64,000 bases of DNA from an uncultured delta proteobacterium (lineage in GTDB: Bacteria > Myxococcota > Myxococcia > Myxococcales > Myxococcaceae): positions 32,001-96,000 of the forward strand of contig CAVYSY010000056.1 in NCBI GenBank assembly GCA_963771175.1. Direction: 5' to 3'. The translations under genes and the position numbers were made by a program. Every line of letters begins with the position of its first letter. The stretch's first letter is position 1. The notes under the pieces were generated by a model. The model saw only the letters and a list, made by a program, of their open reading frames with translations. It was not told the DNA's origin and ran no database searches. Below, piece by piece: positions 57,356 to 64,000 of this stretch.

Positions 57356-60082
57356 ATGGGGCGAGCGACACGATGCAGGCAGGTGGCCTGGGCACTCTGT
57401 GCACTGGTGTTCGGCCTGGGGGCGATGGCGCGAGCGCAATCCACGGAGCCCTCGGTGGTGGGCCAGTGGAGCCCGCTGAAGACCTGGCCGGTTCCGGCGG
57501 TGCATGCCCACCTGTTGCCCACCGGGAAGGTGATGTTCTTCTCGGAGTTCGAGGCCGGAGACGATGGCCCCTACCTCTGGGAGCCTGGGGCGGACCAACT
57601 CCAGCAACTCTCGCCCCCTGGCTTCAACATCTTCTGCGGAGGCCACTCCTTCCTCGCCGATGGGCGACTGCTGATCGCCGGAGGTCACCTCGACGTCGAT
57701 CGCGGCCTGCCGGATGCCATCATCTTCGACCCCTTCTCCCAGCGATGGACGCGGCTGCCCGACATGGCACGCGGCCGCTGGTATCCCACCAACACCACCC
57801 TGCCCAATGGAGAGGTGCTGGTCGCCGCTGGCGCCACCGAGGACCAGGTCATGAACACCATCCCGGAGATCTGGTCACCGGAGAAGGGCTCCTGGCGCGC
57901 GCTCACCGGGGCCTCACGCTCGCTGCCCTACTACCCGTGGAACTTCGTCGCGCCGGACGGGCGGGTCTTCATGGCGGGCCCGGAAGCACCCACCCGCTGG
58001 TTGGACACGAGCGGCTCCGGGGCCTGGATTACCGGTCCTCGCACCCGCCATGGGGCCAAGCGCGGCTACGGCTCGGCCGTGATGTACGACGCGGGGAAGA
58101 TCTTCATCGTCGGCGGGAATGATCCCCCCACCAACAGCGCCGAGGTGATCGACCTCAATCAGTCTTCACCCACGTGGCGCATGGTCCCGCCCATGAGCTT
58201 CGGCCGCCGCCAGCACAACGCCACCCTCCTGCCCGACGGGTCCGTGCTGGTGACGGGCGGGCACAGCGGCCAGGGGTTGGACGACGCCAGCAAGCTGCGC
58301 AAGGAGGTGGAGCTGTGGAACCCACGCACCGAGGCCTGGACCCAGCTCGCGCCGATGAGCGCGTATCGCGGCTACCACAGCGTGGCGGTGCTGCTGCCGG
58401 ATGGGCGGGTCCTCTCCGCCGGCGGGCGCAGGGTGAACACGATGCAGGTCTTCTCTCCCCCCTACCTGTTCAAGGGCAACCGCCCGGTCATCCTCTCCAC
58501 CCCGGACCACCTGAGCCATGGGCAGACCTTCACCGTGTCCACCGCCCAGCCGGACACCATCGCCCAGGTGACGTTGATCCGGCTCGCCTCGGTCACGCAT
58601 GCCTTCGACGAGAACCAGCGCTTCCTCCGAATGGACTTCCGCGCGGGCCCCGGCAGCCTCACCGTCACCGCGCCCGCCAACACCCGCGTGGCCCCTCCGG
58701 GCCATTACATGATGTTCCTCGTGGACGGCAGAGGCGTGCCCTCCGTGGCGAGAATCGTCCAGCTCGGCGGGCCCAGCGCTCCCCCTCCCCCGCCGCCGCC
58801 TCCCACTGACGGGGTGAAGATCGGCTTCGGCTCCACCTGGAAGTACAATGATGGGAACGTGGACCCCGGCGCCGCCTGGACGTCGCCCGGCTACGACGAC
58901 TCGGGCTGGCCCAGCGGTGCCGCACAGCTCGGCTACGGCGACCAGGACGAGCGGACGGTGCTGCGGAAGACCACTCCGGTCCAACCCAGCGTCTACTTCC
59001 GCAAGAAGCTCCACGTGGACGGGACGGTGGAGGCCGCCACCCTCAAGGTGCTCTTCGACGATGGCATCGCGGTCTGGGTCAACGGCTCCCAGGTGTTCTC
59101 GCGCAACATCACCAGCACCGCGCATTCCGCCTACGCCAACAGGAACTCCGGCGACAACACGCGGGCCGAGGCCAGCCTCCCGCCCACCGCCTTCGTCAAC
59201 GGCGACAACACCCTCGCCGTGATGGTGAAGCAGGTGGACCCGACCTCGAGCGACCTGTCGTTCGACCTGGAGCTGGCGCTGAGTGTCTCTGGCGGCGAGG
59301 GCCACCCGGCGGCACTGATGCTGGAGCGGCCCAACGGAGGAGAGAGCTTCCACGCGGGAGCCACCGAGCGCATCCGCTGGCTCAGCCACGGAGCAACCAG
59401 CGGCAAGGTCGACCTGGAGTACTCGACCGATGGAGGGAGCACCTGGACGTCCATTGCCCGGGGCGTCGCGGATACCGGCGGCTACGACTGGCTCGTTCCG
59501 TCCGAGAGCTCCGCGCGCGCGCTCGTGCGCATCTCCGACCCGGCCATGCCCGAGGTGACCGACACGAGCGAGGCACCGTTCTCCCTCTCCACCTCGGCCA
59601 CCTACGTCGCGGTGGCCTTCCGGGAGGTCTGGCGCTTCGATGATCGCAACGTGGATCCGGGGCCCTCGTGGACGGGGGCTTCGTTCGACGACTCAGCCTG
59701 GCGCTACGGCGGAGGGCAGCTCGGCTACGGGGACTCGGACGAGACCACCGTGCTCAACGCCACCTCGCCCGCCCAGCCCAGCGTCTACTTCCGCAAGAAG
59801 GTGACCCTCCCCGGCGGGGCGTCCGCCGCCCGCCTCAAGGTGCTCTTCGACGACGGCTTCGTGCTGTGGGTGAACGGGAAACGCGTCGCCTCGCGCAACG
59901 TGGGGAGCATCGAGCATACGGCCTTTGCCACGGGCAGCGCGGAGAACACGGTGGCCGAAGCGGACATCGATGCCTCCGCGTTCGTGGCCGGCGAGAACAC
60001 CCTGGCGGTGATGGTCAAGCAGCGAGGGCCCACGTCGACTGACGTCTCCTTCGACCTCGAGCTGCGCATCACCAGCCCCTAG
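57356..60082 (+). CDS. Copper radical oxidase, copy 2 (intact)
   Basis: Same architecture and Cys/Tyr/Tyr-His/His residues; signal peptide ..ARA-Q. Confidence 0.9.
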   Translation: MGRATRCRQVAWALCALVFGLGAMARAQSTEPSVVGQWSPLKTWPVPAVHAHLLPTGKVMFFSEFEAGDDGPYLWEPGADQLQQLSPPGFNIFCGGHSFLADGRLLIAGGHLDVDRGLPDAIIFDPFSQRWTRLPDMARGRWYPTNTTLPNGEVLVAAGATEDQVMNTIPEIWSPEKGSWRALTGASRSLPYYPWNFVAPDGRVFMAGPEAPTRWLDTSGSGAWITGPRTRHGAKRGYGSAVMYDAGKIFIVGGNDPPTNSAEVIDLNQSSPTWRMVPPMSFGRRQHNATLLPDGSVLVTGGHSGQGLDDASKLRKEVELWNPRTEAWTQLAPMSAYRGYHSVAVLLPDGRVLSAGGRRVNTMQVFSPPYLFKGNRPVILSTPDHLSHGQTFTVSTAQPDTIAQVTLIRLASVTHAFDENQRFLRMDFRAGPGSLTVTAPANTRVAPPGHYMMFLVDGRGVPSVARIVQLGGPSAPPPPPPPPTDGVKIGFGSTWKYNDGNVDPGAAWTSPGYDDSGWPSGAAQLGYGDQDERTVLRKTTPVQPSVYFRKKLHVDGTVEAATLKVLFDDGIAVWVNGSQVFSRNITSTAHSAYANRNSGDNTRAEASLPPTAFVNGDNTLAVMVKQVDPTSSDLSFDLELALSVSGGEGHPAALMLERPNGGESFHAGATERIRWLSHGATSGKVDLEYSTDGGSTWTSIARGVADTGGYDWLVPSESSARALVRISDPAMPEVTDTSEAPFSLSTSATYVAVAFREVWRFDDRNVDPGPSWTGASFDDSAWRYGGGQLGYGDSDETTVLNATSPAQPSVYFRKKVTLPGGASAARLKVLFDDGFVLWVNGKRVASRNVGSIEHTAFATGSAENTVAEADIDASAFVAGENTLAVMVKQRGPTSTDVSFDLELRITSP

Positions 60083-60105
60083 CCAACGGCCAGAGGTCTA
60101 TCGGG

Positions 60106-60705
60106 TCACTTCCAGGTCAGGATGTACGTACAGCTATCGCCCCCCCGCTTGCGGCAGGGCCGGGTCTCGTCGTGCTCCAGGCGGATGGAGGGCTCGAACT
60201 TCTTGGCCATGGCGGTGAGGATGCCCAGGTCGAACGCGCACGGGTACGGGTTCTCGCAGACGGAGATGATCTTCTTCTGCCCCTCGAACCGCTCGTAGCC
60301 ATAATGGCCGATTCCCTCGGTCATGGCGCCAGTGGCCGGATTGAACATCGGCCGGCCCTTCTTCCGGTGGTTGAGGTGGTACGCGACATCGATGGACTGG
60401 ATGGCGGTGTAGATGTCCTTCACCCACGTCGGGAAGATGGCATTGCGCGGGATGGCCTTCCCGATCTCGAGCAACACCGAGTCCCCCATGTGCGCGCTGA
60501 TCTTCTCGAAGGCCTTCAACCACGCGCGCTGCGGGTACCACGCCTGGGGATCCACGACCACGACCCCATCCTTGTCCGGAGTGCCAATTCCCTCCTGCAA
60601 CAGGTAGGTGCTGGCCAACACCGCGAACGACTTGAAGCCCGCCACGATGGCCCACACCGTCTGGCCATTGACCTCGATGCCTTCCTCGAACGGCACGAAC
60701 TGCAT
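60106..60705 (-). CDS. V4R/HNOX-like small-ligand-binding hypothetical protein
   Basis: WYPQ, IDVAYHLNHR, IGHY, CENPYPC.FD.G, H...CRKRGGDSCTY; AGGAGG RBS. Confidence 0.65.
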   Translation of the reverse strand: MQFVPFEEGIEVNGQTVWAIVAGFKSFAVLASTYLLQEGIGTPDKDGVVVVDPQAWYPQRAWLKAFEKISAHMGDSVLLEIGKAIPRNAIFPTWVKDIYTAIQSIDVAYHLNHRKKGRPMFNPATGAMTEGIGHYGYERFEGQKKIISVCENPYPCAFDLGILTAMAKKFEPSIRLEHDETRPCRKRGGDSCTYILTWK

Positions 60706-60958
60706 GCTGCCTCCTACGAGACACGCCCCCGTGGCATGCGGCGTTCTGCTCGTTAAGCATCATAATCCGGAAGGCATCCGCCCCTCTATTTGGCGTCCCA
60801 ACCATCCGGGTCGCTCCGGAGAGACCCCATCGAGCGTGGGTGGGGAGAGGGGTGGGGATGGCTCGCCGTCATGGACACCTTCTTCTGAAGAGGCAGGAGT
60901 CCGGGGAGAGCGGGTCCGCGAGCAGGCCCCACAGGGGGACCAAAGAAGAGGTGAAGCG

Positions 60959-63316
60959 ATGGTCTACACGCACGGGGGTGAAGCAAGGCTCGCCGCGCCC
61001 AGCCTGTCAGGGGCCCTACCGCCTCTCTGGATTGGGGAAGGCCCTCCGGTCCAGTTCCTCTGGGTGAGCCCGACCCTCGAGGAATCCCTCGGCCACCCCG
61101 CCAGGGAATGGACGACGCCAGGCTTCATCCGCCGGCTCGTGTACCCGGAGGATCTCGACCCGCTGATGGAGGCCTGGCAGCGGGTGGCCAGGACCCGGCA
61201 ACCCCTCGCCATCCAGTTCCGGGCGGTGTCGGCGCAGGGACGCATCATCCCCCTGCACGTCGAGCTGAACGCGCTCGACACCCGGACGGGCGGCGGGGAG
61301 GGAGTCCTCGGCATCGTGCGCGAGCTTCCGTCCCGCCAACCCGTGGGCCCGGACCCGGGCATGCGCTGCGAAGAGGAGGTGGCGCAGGCGCTCTCCCGTG
61401 CCCAGCGGGAGCACAGGGAGTTCATCGACAACATCGATGGAATTGTCTGGGAGGCCACCGCGGAGTTCCACTTCACCTTCGTCAGCCAGCAGGCCGAGCG
61501 CCTGCTCGGATACCCGACCCGGTGCTGGTCGGAGGAGCCGGACTTCTGGGTCAACCACCTCCATCCCGACGACCGCGTGTGGGCCTCCTCCTTCTGCGTG
61601 AAGGCGACCGAGGAGTGCAGGCCGCACGAGCTCGAGTACCGGATGGTGGCCGCCGACGGTCGCACCGTCTGGCTGCGCGACATCGTCACGGTCATCGCCG
61701 AGGGACACCGGCCCACCAAGCTGCGCGGCATCATGGTCGATGTCACCGAGCAGCATTGGAACAGGGAACGCCTGCAGCACACGGTCTCGCTGCTCCGCGC
61801 CACGCTCGATTCGACGACGGATGGGCTGCTCGTGACGAACCTGAACGGGAGGATCACCGCCGCCAACCGGCGGTTCCAGGACCTCTGGCGGATTCCGGAC
61901 GAGCTGATGGACTCCCGGCGGTGCGAGCTGACGAGCGCTCACATCCTCGGCCAGCTCCAGCACCCGGAGCAGTACCTCGCGCAGGTCCGGGAGTTGGAGG
62001 CCAGGCCCGAGGCGGAGAGCTTCGATGACCTCGAGTTCCTCGACGGGCGCATCATCGAGCGCTCCTCGATGCCCCAGCGACAGGGGGAAGACATCATCGG
62101 CCGCGTCTGGAGCTTCCGGGACGTGACCCAGCGGGTCCGCACGGAGCAGGAGCGGGACCGGCTGCTGGTGGCCGAACAGGCCGCCCGCGTGACGGCGGAA
62201 GAGTCATTCGCCCTGCTCGATACCTTCCTCAACAACGCGCCGATCGGCCTGGGCTTCCTGGATCGCGACCTGCGCTACCTCCGGCTCAACGACTCCCTGG
62301 CCGCGCTCCACGGAAAACGCCGGGAGGACGAGGTGGGCCGGACGGTGCGCGAGGTGGTGCCCGAGATGGCCGCGATCATCGAATCCCAGATGCGCCAGGT
62401 CCTCGACACCGGTGAGCCCCGCATCGACATCGAGCTGCGGGGAGTGGTCCCGGTCAGCCCGGATGAGCAGCGCCACTGGCGTGTCAGCTACTACCCGGTG
62501 CGGACGCCGAGCGGCGGCATCGTCGGCGTCGGTGCCGTGGTGGTCGAGGTGACGGCGGAGCGCCGCGCACAAAAGGAACGGGAGCGGCTGCTGGCCGAAG
62601 CGCATGAGGCCATCCGCGTGCGGGATGACTTCCTCTCCATCGCATCGCATGAGCTGAAGACCCCGCTCACCCCCCTCACGCTCCACCTGGAGATGTTGAA
62701 GCACCGGGCGGCGGCCGGACAGCCCACTCCGCCCGCCGTCGTGGAGAAGGCGCTCGCGCAGGTCAAACAGCTGTCGGGGCTGATCAACGACCTGCTGGAC
62801 ACCTCGCGAATCGGAGCGGGGCGACTGAAGCTGGAGCCCAAGCCCCTGCGAATCCGGGAGCTCCTCCGCGAGGTCGTGGCGGACTTCCGCCAGAGCAGCG
62901 TCCGCCACGAGTTCGAGTGCGAGGGGCCCGAGGAGGACCTCGTCGTCCAGGGAGACCGGGACAGGCTCGCCCAGGTGCTGACGAACCTGCTGGAGAACGC
63001 CATCAAGTACAGCCCCACGGGGGGAACGGTGCGAGTCGCGTGCGCCAGGCGCGGAGCGGAGTTCCGCATCTCCGTCTCGGACGCCGGGATTGGAATCCCG
63101 GCGGACCAACAGGAGCACCTGTTCGAGCGCTTCTTCCGGGCACGCAATGCGCCCATCTCCGGCTTCGGAGGGCTCGGCCTCGGGCTCTACATCTGCCGGG
63201 ACATCGTCGAGAGCCACGGCGGCCGCATCTGGGTGGAGAGCGAGGCCGGGCAGGGCTCGACCTTCCACTTCACCCTCCCGCTGGTCTCGGCCACGGACCG
63301 CGCGCCGCCCACCTGA
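60959..63316 (+). CDS. Multi-PAS cytoplasmic sensor histidine kinase (start uncertain)
   Basis: Four PAS-like domains, ASHELKTPL, NLLENAIKYS, DAGIGI, GLGLGL. Confidence 0.88.
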   Translation: MVYTHGGEARLAAPSLSGALPPLWIGEGPPVQFLWVSPTLEESLGHPAREWTTPGFIRRLVYPEDLDPLMEAWQRVARTRQPLAIQFRAVSAQGRIIPLHVELNALDTRTGGGEGVLGIVRELPSRQPVGPDPGMRCEEEVAQALSRAQREHREFIDNIDGIVWEATAEFHFTFVSQQAERLLGYPTRCWSEEPDFWVNHLHPDDRVWASSFCVKATEECRPHELEYRMVAADGRTVWLRDIVTVIAEGHRPTKLRGIMVDVTEQHWNRERLQHTVSLLRATLDSTTDGLLVTNLNGRITAANRRFQDLWRIPDELMDSRRCELTSAHILGQLQHPEQYLAQVRELEARPEAESFDDLEFLDGRIIERSSMPQRQGEDIIGRVWSFRDVTQRVRTEQERDRLLVAEQAARVTAEESFALLDTFLNNAPIGLGFLDRDLRYLRLNDSLAALHGKRREDEVGRTVREVVPEMAAIIESQMRQVLDTGEPRIDIELRGVVPVSPDEQRHWRVSYYPVRTPSGGIVGVGAVVVEVTAERRAQKERERLLAEAHEAIRVRDDFLSIASHELKTPLTPLTLHLEMLKHRAAAGQPTPPAVVEKALAQVKQLSGLINDLLDTSRIGAGRLKLEPKPLRIRELLREVVADFRQSSVRHEFECEGPEEDLVVQGDRDRLAQVLTNLLENAIKYSPTGGTVRVACARRGAEFRISVSDAGIGIPADQQEHLFERFFRARNAPISGFGGLGLGLYICRDIVESHGGRIWVESEAGQGSTFHFTLPLVSATDRAPPT

Positions 63317-63380
63317 GGGCGCGGCAATGGAGTCGGAAACTGGAGTCCTCTCGTCACGGCGCTACAGTCCTGTCGCACGC

Positions 63381-63899
63381 ATGCCACCGTTGGACAAATC
63401 CGAGTTGCTGAGCCAACTCGCCGACCGTCTCCACCAGAGCGACCGGCTCGCCCACCGGGCCGAGGCCGAGGCCCGTGAGGCCGCTCGCACCCTCGCCACC
63501 GAGTCCGAGAAGAAGGAGGACGGTCGCGCCGTCATCGAGTACGGCAGCCTCGCCACCGGCCAGGCCCAGCGCGTCCGCCGCGTCCAGGAGGAGCTCAAGG
63601 CCCTCTCCGACTTCCAGGAGGCCGGCCTCCCCTCCTTCTCGCGCAAGGGCCCCGTCGCCCTCGGCGCCATCATCGACGTGTCCACCGAGGACGAGGAGGG
63701 CTTCGCCGAGCGCACCTTCTTCCTCCTCCCCGTAGGCGCCGGCACCGAGCTCACCGGCCCCGGCGGCGATGGTTTCCTCTCCGTCATCACCCCCGCCTCC
63801 CCCGTGGGCCGCGCCCTCATGGGACGTCGGGCGGGCGACACCATCGAGGTCACCCTCGCCGGCGAGGTACGCGAGTGGACGGTCCTCGAGATCGCCTGA
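63381..63899 (+). CDS. GreA/GreB family elongation factor-like protein
   Basis: N-terminal coiled coil, VALGAII, VITPASPVGRALMGRRAGD. Confidence 0.75.
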   Translation: MPPLDKSELLSQLADRLHQSDRLAHRAEAEAREAARTLATESEKKEDGRAVIEYGSLATGQAQRVRRVQEELKALSDFQEAGLPSFSRKGPVALGAIIDVSTEDEEGFAERTFFLLPVGAGTELTGPGGDGFLSVITPASPVGRALMGRRAGDTIEVTLAGEVREWTVLEIA

Positions 63900-64000
63900 C
63901 CCCGCTGGATTGCTAGCCGCGCCACTTCCTTCCAGGCTCTTCCCCGAAAGCAGGCGCCGGGGGCCCTGCGCAGGAGGAGATGGTGCGCCATGCCTACGCT

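Larger units (their letters stand above)
54395..60097 (+). repeat. Tandem duplication: unit 1 54395-57231, unit 2 57259-60097
   Basis: Both units start tgtccggacccggacgctcgt and end ccctagc.aacggccagaggt; 27-bp spacer. Confidence 0.9.

Noticed and set aside
54395..60097. Assembly artefact duplication
   Set aside because: The copies differ at many synonymous and non-synonymous sites along their whole length
1..64000. CRISPR arrays, tRNA/rRNA, IS elements, integrases, prophage genes
   Set aside because: No regularly spaced repeats, structural RNA signatures or transposase/integrase motifs seen by eye

Overview
High-GC myxobacterial chromosomal window (Cystobacterineae, Archangium/Cystobacter-like, judged from gene content). 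Core genes: cysteine synthase, dnaN, the developmental protease/inhibitor pair popC-popD, lgt, alanine racemase, a GreA/B-family factor, and a TetR-associated lipid/ester-catabolism cluster (37.7-48.6 kb). Accessory material sits between them: a DUF4258/MqsA toxin-antitoxin pair, a decayed anti-sigma/caspase locus, a DHOR di-heme protein with an unknown secreted partner, a DUF2381 + Cys-rich peptide + Cys-rich membrane protein module, unannotated small peptides, and a 2.86-kb tandem duplication of a copper radical (galactose) oxidase. Many genes, including essential dnaN, carry single-base indels, so the assembly probably has sequencing errors and frameshifts should not be read as pseudogenes by default. 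Best leads: (1) the lipid cluster, which has a non-canonical KAS III lacking the His/Asn residues and the same palindromic operators at both ends; (2) the DUF2381/Cys-rich peptide module; (3) a 52-aa secreted disulfide-hairpin peptide; (4) a riboswitch-like leader on a cation/H+ antiporter; (5) several apparent pseudoenzymes. No rRNA, tRNA, CRISPR array or transposase was seen. All family assignments come from motif recognition, not database searches.
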